A DNA stretch of 64,000 nucleotides from an uncultured Eubacteriales bacterium. GTDB taxonomy: Bacteria > Acidobacteriota > Aminicenantia > Aminicenantales > Aminicenantaceae. The notes beneath the pieces were generated by a model. The model was not told the DNA's origin. It ran no database searches and was given only the letters and a program-made list of their open reading frames with translations. Positions within the stretch are counted from its first letter, which is position 1; every line of letters starts with the position of its first letter. The position numbers and the translations under genes are program-made. Shown one piece after another: positions 54,456 through 64,000 of the stretch. The stretch covers positions 12,756 to 76,755 of the forward strand of contig CAYSCW010000009.1 in the NCBI GenBank assembly GCA_964429795.1, in the 5' to 3' direction.

Positions 54456-55889
54456 ATGAAAAAATTCCATCTATTCCTTTGGATGGCCTTCTTACTTGTC
54501 CCCTCCTCTCTTTTCACCCAGGGAGTTAGAGAGCCCGTGGCTGCAGGCACGTTCTATGATGCCAACCCTGAATCCCTTTCTCGGAGAATCGAGGGTTATC
54601 TTCAAAGTGCCAAAGAAAGTCCTGCGCTCTCTGGAGAAATCTTGGGTCTCATTGCCCCCCATGCCGGTTACATCTATTCAGGAAGAGTCGCTGCCACTGC
54701 TTACCGCATGATCCAAGGAAAAGACTATGAAACGGTGATCATCATCGGACCCTCTCATCATTATGCGTTCCGAGGCTGCTCTATCTATCCTCGAGGCGGA
54801 TACAAAACACCTCTGGGTGTGGCCCAGATCGATGTGGCCCTGGCTTCCGAGCTCTCCAAGGCCTCTGGTTACGGATTCATACCCAAAGCTCACCAGCAGG
54901 AACACTCCGTTGAAGTCCAAGTGCCTTTTATCCAAAAAACTCTTCCTCAAGCAAAAATAGTTCCTGTTGTCATGGGCCTTCCCACTAAAAAAACCATCAC
55001 CCGCCTTGCCTCGGCTCTCTTCAATGTCACACAAGGTCAGAAAACACTCATCATCGCCTCCACAGATATGTCTCACTATTATTCCAAAGAGGAAGCCAAC
55101 CGTATCGACTCCCAGACCATATCCCTCATCCAATCCTTCCAGACCCAGACGATTATCGGAAAGCTGGAGAGAGGAGAGAATTTTATGTGCGGAGGGGGGG
55201 CGGTTGTATCTCTTCTTCTCTATGCGAAAGAAAGGGGAAATGCCAAGGTCAAAATTCTCGGTTATGCTGATTCCTCTGAAGCGGGGAGCGGTGAGGATCG
55301 CGTAGTCGGTTATCTGGCTGGAGTCGCCTTCAAAGAAAACCCATTTCCTGAGTTTGCCTTGACACCTGAAGAAAAGGGAGAGCTTCTCCAGCTTGCTCGT
55401 TCATCTATCGAAACTTTCCTCCTCCAGAATAGACTCCCCTATTACCAACCGCAAAACTCAAAATTTCTGGAAAAGAAAGGAGCTTTTGTCACCCTTAAAA
55501 AGAGGGGGCGCCTGAGAGGATGCATAGGATTCATCAACCCTTTCCTGCCTCTGTACCAGACGGTGACCCAAGCTGCCGTCTACGCAGCCTGCAAAGACCA
55601 AAGGTTCCTCCCCCTTTCTCCCCGTGAACTAAAAGATGTAGAGATAGAGATATCTATCCTATCCCCGCTAAAAAAAATCGACGACCCTCAAATTGTGGAA
55701 ATTGGAAAGCATGGCCTTCTTATTTCAAAGGGAGACAAGAGTGGACTCCTTCTCCCTCAAGTCGCCATTGAAAATCATTGGTCAAGGAAGACCTTCCTCG
55801 AGCAGGCTTGTCTGAAGGCGGGCCTCCCTCCCAATGCATGGAAAATGGGGGCGGATATCTTCATTTTTGAAGCAACCATCTTTCATTAA
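54456..55889 (+). CDS. Memo-like (AmmeMemoRadiSam system protein B family) – AMMECR1 domain fusion protein with an N-terminal Sec signal peptide
   Basis: AAGGA RBS before MKKFHLFLWMAFLLVPSSLFTQG; Memo core (AGTFYDANPESL…APHAGYIYSG…IIIGPSHH…); C-terminal AMMECR1 domain with the conserved 'LRGCIGF' cysteine. Confidence 0.7.
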   Translation: MKKFHLFLWMAFLLVPSSLFTQGVREPVAAGTFYDANPESLSRRIEGYLQSAKESPALSGEILGLIAPHAGYIYSGRVAATAYRMIQGKDYETVIIIGPSHHYAFRGCSIYPRGGYKTPLGVAQIDVALASELSKASGYGFIPKAHQQEHSVEVQVPFIQKTLPQAKIVPVVMGLPTKKTITRLASALFNVTQGQKTLIIASTDMSHYYSKEEANRIDSQTISLIQSFQTQTIIGKLERGENFMCGGGAVVSLLLYAKERGNAKVKILGYADSSEAGSGEDRVVGYLAGVAFKENPFPEFALTPEEKGELLQLARSSIETFLLQNRLPYYQPQNSKFLEKKGAFVTLKKRGRLRGCIGFINPFLPLYQTVTQAAVYAACKDQRFLPLSPRELKDVEIEISILSPLKKIDDPQIVEIGKHGLLISKGDKSGLLLPQVAIENHWSRKTFLEQACLKAGLPPNAWKMGADIFIFEATIFH

Positions 55890-55933
55890 TTTTCTTTCTT
55901 TGGTATAATACTGCTTTTCTGGTCCTGAGAAAA

Positions 55934-56212
55934 ATGCCTCTATACGAGTACAGGTGCAAAAGTTGCGGATCCTCCTTTGAAATCATACAGAAAGTCAGCG
56001 AGATCCCGCTAAAAAAATGCATCAAGTGCGGAGGGAAGCTGGAAAAAGTCATCTCACCCTCAGCACTCCAATTTAAAGGGAATGGCTGGTATGTGACTGA
56101 CTATGCTCAAAAAAACAACTCAGGGAAGGAGGAAAAACCGGCCACCAAAAAGAAAAAAAACGAAAAAACAGAATCGCCCACGGAAAAGAAAGGAAACTCT
56201 TCCTCTTCTTAA
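55934..56212 (+). CDS. FmdB-family zinc-ribbon protein
   Basis: 'MPLYEYRCKSCGSSFE…CIKCGG' CxxC…CxxC motif with a Lys-rich tail. Confidence 0.7.
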   Translation: MPLYEYRCKSCGSSFEIIQKVSEIPLKKCIKCGGKLEKVISPSALQFKGNGWYVTDYAQKNNSGKEEKPATKKKKNEKTESPTEKKGNSSSS

Positions 56213-56302
56213 GAATAAGTCTACCAAGCTCCCAGATTTCGTTATTCAAGAAACAATCAAGTCTTTGTTCTTTTGACAAGCCCCTGGTAAGGGAATAAAA
56301 TT

Positions 56303-57310
56303 GTGTCTATGAAGATAGTAATCCGTGCCCCAAACTGGATTGGAGACGCAGTCCTCGCCTATCCTCTTCTTGAAAGCCTGAACAAAAATTTCCCTCATGC
56401 CCAGATATGGATAGCAGCCAAGCCCTGGGTCAAAGACCTTTTTGTTTACTTCCGCTTCATCGAAGGGATTATTCCTCTCTCGCCACAGAACGACATCATG
56501 AGCCTGAGAGATTCAGCAAGAGAAATAAGGTCTCATAGCTTTGATATAGGACTCGTCCTCCCTAACTCCTTTTCAGCAGCCTTTCTCTTTTACTTAGCAA
56601 AAATTCCCCAAAGATGGGGGTATCAGAGGGATGGACGGGGCCTCCTTTTAACCAAAGGAGTGGCTCCTCTGAGCAAGGAAAACGCAATCCATCAAGTCCA
56701 TTATTACCTGGAGCTCCTAAAAAGGCTGGGCTATCAGGCTCATCCTCCAGAACTCAAGCTCCCTCTCACCTCCCAAGAAAAAAAGGAGGCCCGGAACTTT
56801 CTTCACTCCTTGAACGCGGATCAAGGAAAGCCCTTAATCATCTTACATCCTGGCGCTTCGTACGGTCCATCCAAGAGATGGCCCGCCCAAAAGTATGCCC
56901 AACTTGCTGCTTTTTTTCAAGAGAGGGAAAGGGCCACAATTCTTATCATTGGGGCCCGTGATGATAGGCAAGTGGCGGAATCCGTTTCCTCCCTGTTGAA
57001 CAAGAAGCCCTTAAACCTGGCGGGAAAAACATCGTTGCGTTTCCTAGCCAGCCTCATCAGCCAGGCTGCCTTGTTTGTCTCCAACGATTCTGGCCCCATG
57101 CATATGGCCAACGCTCTCAGGATTCCAGTGGTGGCTCTCTTCGGTCCCACGGATCCCCGCCAGACCGGGCCCTTCCACAAACCGGCATCGGTCATCAAAA
57201 AAGGAGCTCCTTGTTGGCCTTGCAGCTACAGAGAATGCCCCTATGATCACCGATGCATGATGAGAATCGAGGCAGAAGAAGTCTACCAAATTAGCAAACA
57301 GTTCTTATGA
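56303..57310 (+). CDS. ADP-heptose:LPS heptosyltransferase (glycosyltransferase family 9)
   Basis: GT9 signature; 'MKIVIRAPNWIGDAVLAYPLLESL' N-terminus typical of WaaC/WaaF. Confidence 0.75.
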   Translation: MSMKIVIRAPNWIGDAVLAYPLLESLNKNFPHAQIWIAAKPWVKDLFVYFRFIEGIIPLSPQNDIMSLRDSAREIRSHSFDIGLVLPNSFSAAFLFYLAKIPQRWGYQRDGRGLLLTKGVAPLSKENAIHQVHYYLELLKRLGYQAHPPELKLPLTSQEKKEARNFLHSLNADQGKPLIILHPGASYGPSKRWPAQKYAQLAAFFQERERATILIIGARDDRQVAESVSSLLNKKPLNLAGKTSLRFLASLISQAALFVSNDSGPMHMANALRIPVVALFGPTDPRQTGPFHKPASVIKKGAPCWPCSYRECPYDHRCMMRIEAEEVYQISKQFL

Positions 57311-57900
57311 TGAAAAGAAGAGCCGTCTTTTTGGACAGGGATGGAACCATCAATAAGGATGTTGGTTTTCCTCATTCATTTAAGCTTATAGATATCTACC
57401 CCTACAGCTTCGAAGCAGTCAAAAAAATAAACACCTCTGGCCTTCTGGCAGTAATCGTCACCAATCAATCAGGAGTGGGACGGGGATTTATTGATATCGA
57501 AAATCTCCATGACATCCATCAGAAACTCAAGGAGGCTTTTGCTCAACATGATGCCTATTTCGATGGGATCTATTATTGTCCCCACTACCTTTCCTCATCA
57601 CTATCGGAATACAATAAAAATTGCCAATGCCGGAAGCCTTTCCCTGGTATGGCTTATCAAGCTGCCTCTGACCTGGATATAGATCTGGAACATTCCTACA
57701 CGGTAGGAGACAAATTGGAGGATGTTCTTTTTGGCCTGAACATCAAGGCTCGACCTATTCTTGTCTTGACTGGTTTCGGAAAAAAGACCCTCCTCCAGCT
57801 GAAGGAAAAGGATGTAAAACCCGCACATGTGGCTTCAACCTTGATGGATGCTGTCAACTGGATTTTGATCAAGGAAAAGACAGGCTCCAAGGGAGGATAA
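57307..57900 (+). CDS. gmhB: D-glycero-D-manno-heptose 1,7-bisphosphate phosphatase (HAD-IIIA)
   Basis: HAD motif I 'FLDRDGTIN' and GmhB zinc-binding Cys cluster (CPHY…CQCRKP); overlaps the heptosyltransferase gene by 4 nt. Confidence 0.8.
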   Translation: MMKRRAVFLDRDGTINKDVGFPHSFKLIDIYPYSFEAVKKINTSGLLAVIVTNQSGVGRGFIDIENLHDIHQKLKEAFAQHDAYFDGIYYCPHYLSSSLSEYNKNCQCRKPFPGMAYQAASDLDIDLEHSYTVGDKLEDVLFGLNIKARPILVLTGFGKKTLLQLKEKDVKPAHVASTLMDAVNWILIKEKTGSKGG

Positions 57901-57922
57901 TCCCCTTCTTCAAGGAACCAAA

Positions 57923-60076
57923 ATGATCCGATTTGATGATATCTTAGAGAAAATTTCTTCTTCTTACACAGAGAAGGAGATCACCCTGCTCCAGAAGGCC
58001 TACGTTTTTTCAGCTCAGGTCCATAAAGGGCAAATCCGTCATTCTGGAGAACCCTATCTCAGCCACCCCCTTGAAGTAACGAATATGCTTGCTGACATGA
58101 AATTGGATGCCATCACTCTGACTGCCGGCCTTCTTCATGACGTCCTGGAAGACACAGAAGTAACCGCTCTAGAACTTCAACAGGCCTTTGGAAAAGAGAT
58201 TTCCCACCTTGTTGAGGGAGTGACCAAGATCAGCAGAGTCCAAGAATCCTCTCCGGAAACGAGACAGGCTGAAAGCATCCGCAAGATCATCTTGGCCATG
58301 ACCGACGACCTGAGGGTGATTTTTATCAAACTGGCAGATAGAATCCATAACTTGAAAACCCTCCGATTTTTACCCGAATTCAAACAAAAACAGATCGCAC
58401 AGGAAACCCTGGAGATATACGCTCCCATCGCCAACAGGTTGGGCATGGGAAGAAGAAAAGCTGAACTGGAGGATCTTTCTTTCCGGTATGTTGACCCTGA
58501 AAATTATTTTAAAATTTTGGCTCTTATCGAGCCTCAAAGAAAGAAGGCCGAAAGAGAGCTCAAGAAATTGAAGAATTCGCTGGGAAGTTACATGGAGGAA
58601 CATCATATTCCGGCAGAAATATATTATCGCATCAAACGCCCTTACAGTATCTACAACAAGATGTATCTACGCAGCATCGACTTCGAGCAAGTCTATGATT
58701 TTATGGCCTTGAGGCTTATCACCCAATCTGTAAAAAACTGCTACTCTGCTCTGGGTATTATCCACCAAAAATGGCCCCATCTTCCTCATCGTTTCCGAGA
58801 TTTTATTGCCATACACAAGCCCAACCTCTATCAGGCTCTCCACACCACCATTATCACAGAAAAAAAACATACCATTGAAATCCAGATTCGAACCCAGGAT
58901 ATGCACGATTTGGCTGAAAACGGAATCGCCGCCCACTGGAAATACAAGGAAGCCGACTCTCAATCCCTGATGAGAGAGGATACCAGGCTTCTCTGGTTGA
59001 GAGAGATGGTCGATCTCTTTAAGGAACAGAAAAGCCCGCGTGAATTCCTCAAAAGCCTGAAAACCGACCTTATTCCTGAAGAAGTGTATGTCTTCACCCC
59101 TCGGGGAAAAAACATCACCATTCCTCTGGGTTCGTCCGCTCTGGACTTTGCCTTTAAAATCCACACGGAAATTGGGCTTCATGCAACTGAGGCCAAAATC
59201 AACGGAAAACTGGCTCCCCTGAAGACCATCTTGAAGACTGGAGATATTGTGGAGATTCTTACTTCTCCTGATAAAAAACCCAGCCGTGACTGGTTGAACA
59301 TCGCATTCACCTCAACAGCCAGGTATCACATCAAACACTGGATCAACCTCCAAAACAAAATCAAAAACATTTCTTTGGGGAAAAAATTATGGGAAAAAGA
59401 AGTCAAAAAATACACCGTTCCATCCGAAGACCTTGACGAAGATCATCTTCTCTCCCGATTGTCCAATGTTGCTCCCTTCCGGGTCAAAAAGATCGAAGAC
59501 TTTTATACCCTCATAGGATTTGGGAAAATTGTCATCAATAAAAAATTGATCGAAAAAATCTTTACACCAAAGAAAATTTTACCGAAAAAAGAAACCTTGC
59601 TCAAAAAAATGATGACAAAAGTCGCTAAAAAGGCAAAGCAAGAGCTTCATGTCCAGGAGACCGATGGAACAGTTCTCACCTTAGCTAAATGCTGTTCTCC
59701 CATCAAAGGAGAGCCTATAATAGGATACATCACCTCGGGAAAAGGGATAACAGTCCATTCACTCCGCTGCCCATTGGTCTCTAAAGAAATACTGGATAAC
59801 CAGCGGATGGTTGAGGTCTCATGGAACAAATCCATGGGAGGGGCTTTCAAAGGAAACCTTCTGATTAAATCCGTCGACACTCCTGGCGTCCTGGCCAAGC
59901 TCGCCTCGGTCATAGCCCAAACCGGAGGGAATATCACCAGGGCAGAGGTGACCACATTTGCTGACCAAAAGGCTCAAATTAAACTCGTCCTCATCATCCG
60001 AGATATAGACCATCTCGAAAACATCATGAAAAAGATTAAGGGAATAAAAGAAATATCCTCGGTGAGAAGGGTCTAA
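57923..60076 (+). CDS. rel: Bifunctional (p)ppGpp synthetase/hydrolase, RelA/SpoT family
   Basis: HD hydrolase domain (…HDVLEDT…), synthetase domain, TGS and ACT domains; 717 aa. Confidence 0.9.
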   Translation: MIRFDDILEKISSSYTEKEITLLQKAYVFSAQVHKGQIRHSGEPYLSHPLEVTNMLADMKLDAITLTAGLLHDVLEDTEVTALELQQAFGKEISHLVEGVTKISRVQESSPETRQAESIRKIILAMTDDLRVIFIKLADRIHNLKTLRFLPEFKQKQIAQETLEIYAPIANRLGMGRRKAELEDLSFRYVDPENYFKILALIEPQRKKAERELKKLKNSLGSYMEEHHIPAEIYYRIKRPYSIYNKMYLRSIDFEQVYDFMALRLITQSVKNCYSALGIIHQKWPHLPHRFRDFIAIHKPNLYQALHTTIITEKKHTIEIQIRTQDMHDLAENGIAAHWKYKEADSQSLMREDTRLLWLREMVDLFKEQKSPREFLKSLKTDLIPEEVYVFTPRGKNITIPLGSSALDFAFKIHTEIGLHATEAKINGKLAPLKTILKTGDIVEILTSPDKKPSRDWLNIAFTSTARYHIKHWINLQNKIKNISLGKKLWEKEVKKYTVPSEDLDEDHLLSRLSNVAPFRVKKIEDFYTLIGFGKIVINKKLIEKIFTPKKILPKKETLLKKMMTKVAKKAKQELHVQETDGTVLTLAKCCSPIKGEPIIGYITSGKGITVHSLRCPLVSKEILDNQRMVEVSWNKSMGGAFKGNLLIKSVDTPGVLAKLASVIAQTGGNITRAEVTTFADQKAQIKLVLIIRDIDHLENIMKKIKGIKEISSVRRV

Positions 60077-60081
60077 CTCTT

Positions 60082-60273
60082 TTATATCGCTTTACTCACC
60101 TTCCCGGTTCGAAGGCACCTTGTGCAGACCCAGATATATTTTACCCCTGAAGAAGTCCGAGCTTTTACCCGCTGGAGATTCGGTCTCCACTTCTTCTTGG
60201 AAGCTTTATGGGAATGACTCAAGGTCTGACCGAAAAGAGGTCCTTTCCCGCATATCTCACAGACTTTTGCCAT
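60082..60273 (-). CDS. rpmB: 50S ribosomal protein L28
   Basis: 'MAKVCEICGK…' with a C4 zinc ribbon; 63 aa. Confidence 0.85.
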   Translation of the reverse strand: MAKVCEICGKGPLFGQTLSHSHKASKKKWRPNLQRVKARTSSGVKYIWVCTRCLRTGKVSKAI

Positions 60274-60654
60274 TGCTCTTTCTCGTTAAGACGACCATTT
60301 ATAGCACATTTTCCCAAAAAATCCAAATTTGAAGATGGAATCTCCATTTCCGTTATAACGGAAATGGAGAAGCTCTCAAATATGAACATGGTCTCTTTTT
60401 TCCTGATTGTGTCTTATTTCTTTACAGCGCATCAGAAGAACATTCATATCCATCATTCACTCCAAGAGAGCTATTCTTCTCCTTCCGAATTATTATATCA
60501 AACATATGTCACATTTTAGGATCACCCTGAAATCTCAATGGTACTCCTCATCATCATAAGTAAAATCCTCTCCTTTTGGCACGAAATTTGCTTCCCTTAT
60601 ATGTTATCTTGACGAGATTCAGAAAAACAAGTAGTCTAAATAAGTTGCACACAG

Positions 60655-61005
60655 ATGAATAAGCATCTTATTTTTCTCTTTCTAACCATATTCCTTTCGC
60701 TGCTGGTTTTTCATGGGTGCAGCCGTCCCTTGGTAGATGACCAACTGCATTTCGGTATCGACGCCGCTCAAAAGGACTTATGGGATGAAGCCATCTTTCG
60801 CTGGAAAAAAGTGCTTGAAACCACCCCAGCTTCAGCCGCTGCTCACAACAACCTCGCCGTAGCCTACGAAAAGAAAGGACTCTGGGAAGAGGCGAAAAAA
60901 GAGTATGAAATAGCTTTGAGATTGAGTCCTGAAAACAGCTATATCAAGTCAAATTATCAAAATTTTAAAAACCACTATGAGCGCAAAAAAGATGAAGAAA
61001 TTTAA
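60655..61005 (+). CDS. TPR-repeat lipoprotein
   Basis: Signal peptide with lipobox (…VFHGCS); TPR-like helices (…AAAHNNLAVAYEKKGLWEEAKKEYEIALRL…). Confidence 0.5.
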   Translation: MNKHLIFLFLTIFLSLLVFHGCSRPLVDDQLHFGIDAAQKDLWDEAIFRWKKVLETTPASAAAHNNLAVAYEKKGLWEEAKKEYEIALRLSPENSYIKSNYQNFKNHYERKKDEEI

Positions 61006-61648
61006 ATACATCCTTTTTGCCTGTCTTGTCTTTTATCTATCTTGCTCCAGCGGTTTACAATTGAAGCTCAAAATTGAAATTCCTGAAGACCCTCAGATCG
61101 ACTTGGACAAATTTAATCAAATTGTGATCACAAATTTTCTTATCCAAAAAGAAACTAAAAATATCAACCTCAACAAAGAAATTGTGGAATATTTCAAACT
61201 TGAAATCGAACAGAATTTTGAGGGAAAGGTCGTCTCAAGGAATTTCTCTATAGAAGATGAAGAAATCTATAAGAACCAAGACTTCTGGAAAGGCCTCGTC
61301 GACGCGTCTGAACAGACGCTCTTTTTTACCGGCAGGGTCAATTATTCAGAAGAAATTCGTAAGGCCATCCTGGAAAAAAGGGACGATCGGTCTGAGGATC
61401 CTTTCCCTACCACCAAAAAGTTAGCCGAGCGCAAATTCTACACCCTCAATATCGACCTCTATCTGATCGACGCTCAGACAGGAAATCCTTTGTATCAAAG
61501 AAGCTTTAAAGAAACCAAAGGCTACCAAAATCCCAACCAAACTGCATATTTTGCCTTCTTTGACCTTATCCAGCAGGTTAAAGTCAAATTCTTCCGTAAC
61601 ATCCTCGGTGATAAAAAAATCGAGGAACGCTATCTCATTTCTAGATAA
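60992..61648 (+). CDS. Hypothetical lipoprotein
   Basis: MKKFKYILFACLVFYLSCSSG lipobox; overlaps the TPR gene by 14 nt; followed 11 nt later by the large outer-membrane protein gene. Confidence 0.45.
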   Translation: MKKFKYILFACLVFYLSCSSGLQLKLKIEIPEDPQIDLDKFNQIVITNFLIQKETKNINLNKEIVEYFKLEIEQNFEGKVVSRNFSIEDEEIYKNQDFWKGLVDASEQTLFFTGRVNYSEEIRKAILEKRDDRSEDPFPTTKKLAERKFYTLNIDLYLIDAQTGNPLYQRSFKETKGYQNPNQTAYFAFFDLIQQVKVKFFRNILGDKKIEERYLISR

Positions 61649-61659
61649 AAGGAGCTAAA

Positions 61660-64000
61660 ATGAAAAGCCTCATGAAATTCTTGCTCATCCTCCTCCTCTG
61701 CCTTTTCTGGACTCAATCCAGTTTCGCTCAATCTATCTACTTCCCTTACTACGGAAAGAATAAAGTCCTCTACGAGAAGTTCGACTGGAGCCATTACCTA
61801 ACAGACCATTACGATATCTACTACTATGTGGAAGACCTGCAGCTTCTGAAGAATGTTGCCGACATGGCTGAAAGTGCCTACCAAAGAATTAGCGAAGGAA
61901 TCAAACACGATCTTTCAGCAACGGTTCCTCTTATCTATTACAAGACCTTTACGGATTTGGAGCAGACCAACCTTTTTCAGGTTCCTGAGGGAGTGCTGGG
62001 AGTAGCCGAACCCGTTCTTTACCGCGTGATCATCCATGGAGATATGGCCCTGGATGAGATTCAGGACCTTCTCGAGCACGAACTCACCCACATTTTTGAA
62101 TACGATCTCTTATGGGGGAATCCAGGTGGCGTGCTCTATTCTATCAATCAGCCCCAAGGTTGGATCATGGAGGGATTTGCCGAGTATAATACGGAGGTCT
62201 GGTCTTCTTGGTCTTCCCTAATAGTCAGGGACTCCGTCCTCAACGACCGCATCCCAGAGCTCACCGATTCTGGCTATCTCTACTCTCGCTACCCTCTACC
62301 CCGGACTCCCGATTACGACTTTGGCCATGCCATCTATGACTTTATCGAACACAAATATGGAAAAAATGGCATAAGAGAGTTCTGGCAATCCTTGAAAAAC
62401 TTTCCTCTCTTAGGAAAAAACGACCCTATCCAGAGGGCCTTCGACCAGAAACCAAAAGAATTCAATTACGAATTCAAGAAATATCTTCGACAAAAATACA
62501 GTGATTTTGTTACCAGAGAAAATCCTGAGAATTACAGTATCCCTATCGGCCCAGAATTTCCCCTCAATCCTTATTATTTTGCCCTCTCTCACGCCCTCTC
62601 TCCTTCCGGAGACATCGTTGCTGCTTTATCTGCCAACATCAAAGAAAGCGATATCGACATCATCCTCATCTCTACCAAGGACGGTTCTGTCATCAAGAAT
62701 ATCACCAAAGGCTACACCTTGAAATATGAACACATCAAGTATGAAGTCGACCCATCCAAGGGGAGCGATATCACCTGGTCCTCCGATGGCGACAAAATTG
62801 CCTTTTTTGCCCGTGCCGGACAGAAGCATTCTCTCTTTGTCATCAGCGCCTTGACTGGAAAAACCCTGAAAAACATCAAGATTCCTCATGACCAACCCTC
62901 CTCTCCCTGTTTTTACCCCAGTGGAGACGAGTTAATCTTTACGGCATTCGATAAAGGAATCCATGACATTTTTAAAATCAACCTAAACACCGAAAAAATT
63001 CTCAACCTGACCAATGATGACTTCTATGAAAAAGCCCCTAACATTTCATCTGACGGCAAGTTTGTAGCTTATACCATCCACCTAGACACATACGACAAAA
63101 TCTTTTTATCCCCTTTAAGCGATCTCCAAAAAAAGACGCAGATCACATTTGGCAGAGGCAACACAATCACTCCCCACTTCACCTCTGACTCTCAAGAAAT
63201 ATTTTTCTCTGCTGACACAAGGGAAGCATTTAACATCTATTCCATAAACCTTGAAACGGGAGAATTCAAGCGTTATTCGGATGTCAGGACTGGGAACTTT
63301 CTCCCCATCCCTTTTCCCGACAACCCCAAAAAAGTTGTCTTCTCTTCTTTCAATAAGGGAGCCTTTCAGATTTTCATAAGTGATTTCGAAGCTATTGTTG
63401 AAAAAAGGGTTAACTTTGAAGAAAAGACTCCAAGCGAGGATTTCAAGAAGTTTGAACCCCTCATCTCCGTGGAAATTAAGAAGGATAAGATCAAACCTTA
63501 TAAAGGTATCGGAAAACTCTATCTAGCCTCTCGCCCTCCTGTTGATACCATCGTCTCTTCAGATGGCTCCATCTATGGAGGATCAGCCCTCGTCTTTACC
63601 GATCTTTTAGCTGATCACACATTTTTTCTAATGGCCTATCAAGTAAGGAGTTTCCGTTCTTACTATCTTGCTTATCTTAACCAAAAAAGACGGTTTCAAT
63701 ATATGGCCAGCGCCTTCCAGTACACACAGTTCTATTATCCTCCTTATGCCTATTATGACCCCTATTTTTATGGACGGCTTACCTACAGAGACGCCCTTGC
63801 TTCAAGGAAGATCTCTGGAGTGAGCCTCAGCTCATATTATCCGTTCAACAAATATTTACGCCTTGAGTCAAGCCTGGGTTTTTATCGCTACGAGGAAGAC
63901 TTTTTTGATCCCTATATCAGAGAATTGCTTCTTTACTCTGGCAGCGGTTACGATATGTTTTGGAATGGAAATCTTCTCTCCGCATCTTTCTCGCTGGTAG
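61660..64000 (+). CDS. Large secreted/outer-membrane multidomain protein: peptidase-MA-like (HExxH…EGxAxY) + TolB/PD40-like beta-propeller repeats + beta-barrel-like C-terminal region; 3' end beyond the window
   Basis: AAAGGAG RBS and signal peptide MKSLMKFLLILLLCLFWTQSSFA. 'LEHELTHIFE' and 'MEGFAEY' zincin motifs. Repeated 'SxDG[DK]xIAF/VAY' propeller units. Tyr/Phe/Arg-rich alternating C-terminal segment. The frame is open and was checked codon by codon to position 64000. It is absent from the ORF track because no stop falls inside the window. Confidence 0.6.
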   Translation, partial: MKSLMKFLLILLLCLFWTQSSFAQSIYFPYYGKNKVLYEKFDWSHYLTDHYDIYYYVEDLQLLKNVADMAESAYQRISEGIKHDLSATVPLIYYKTFTDLEQTNLFQVPEGVLGVAEPVLYRVIIHGDMALDEIQDLLEHELTHIFEYDLLWGNPGGVLYSINQPQGWIMEGFAEYNTEVWSSWSSLIVRDSVLNDRIPELTDSGYLYSRYPLPRTPDYDFGHAIYDFIEHKYGKNGIREFWQSLKNFPLLGKNDPIQRAFDQKPKEFNYEFKKYLRQKYSDFVTRENPENYSIPIGPEFPLNPYYFALSHALSPSGDIVAALSANIKESDIDIILISTKDGSVIKNITKGYTLKYEHIKYEVDPSKGSDITWSSDGDKIAFFARAGQKHSLFVISALTGKTLKNIKIPHDQPSSPCFYPSGDELIFTAFDKGIHDIFKINLNTEKILNLTNDDFYEKAPNISSDGKFVAYTIHLDTYDKIFLSPLSDLQKKTQITFGRGNTITPHFTSDSQEIFFSADTREAFNIYSINLETGEFKRYSDVRTGNFLPIPFPDNPKKVVFSSFNKGAFQIFISDFEAIVEKRVNFEEKTPSEDFKKFEPLISVEIKKDKIKPYKGIGKLYLASRPPVDTIVSSDGSIYGGSALVFTDLLADHTFFLMAYQVRSFRSYYLAYLNQKRRFQYMASAFQYTQFYYPPYAYYDPYFYGRLTYRDALASRKISGVSLSSYYPFNKYLRLESSLGFYRYEEDFFDPYIRELLLYSGSGYDMFWNGNLLSASFSLV

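Noticed and set aside
60208-60519. 103-aa plus-strand ORF overlapping rpmB
   Set aside because: It overlaps a conserved ribosomal protein gene on the opposite strand and runs into AT-rich intergenic sequence. No RBS.

Overview
This window looks like a chromosomal segment of a Gram-negative (diderm) bacterium at about 45% GC, probably from an uncultivated lineage. The diderm call rests on BamA, an LPS heptosyltransferase with GmhB, an Mla operon, a LolB-like lipoprotein and many outer-membrane barrel proteins. Most genes are core housekeeping, dominated by one long minus-strand array from about 53.8 kb down to 40.2 kb: small membrane protein, LolB-like lipoprotein, ispE, tRNA-Gln, prs, rplY, pth, rpsF, rpsR, rplI, dnaB, mlaE, mlaF, mlaD-like, radA, yacL-like, ispD, ispF. 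Also present are aspS, hisS, accA, glnS, gltX, a Rel/SpoT-family gene, rpmB and LPS inner-core heptose genes. Less ordinary content: (1) an ECF sigma / membrane anti-sigma / LTXXQ (Spy/CpxP-like) operon with a duplicated ECF-type promoter, a possible small RNA between the two copies, and the same promoter motif in front of a second LTXXQ paralogue, with an S46 peptidase in between. (2) A second ECF sigma / zf-HC2 anti-sigma / YbjQ operon behind a sigmaE-like promoter. (3) A five-gene envelope export cluster (outer-membrane barrel, MacB-type ATPase, two FtsX permeases, LolA-like protein), plus a promoter-fed C-terminal FtsX remnant elsewhere. (4) A Sec-signal-bearing Memo-AMMECR1 fusion with no radical-SAM partner. 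(5) A large outer-membrane protein combining an HExxH/EGxAxY peptidase-MA domain, TolB-like propeller repeats and a beta-barrel-like C-terminus; it runs off the window end and is absent from the ORF track. (6) Several secreted peptidases, a GH clan-A hydrolase, and E/K-rich tails on ribosomal proteins L9, S6 and L25. I found no transposase, integrase, CRISPR array or rRNA.
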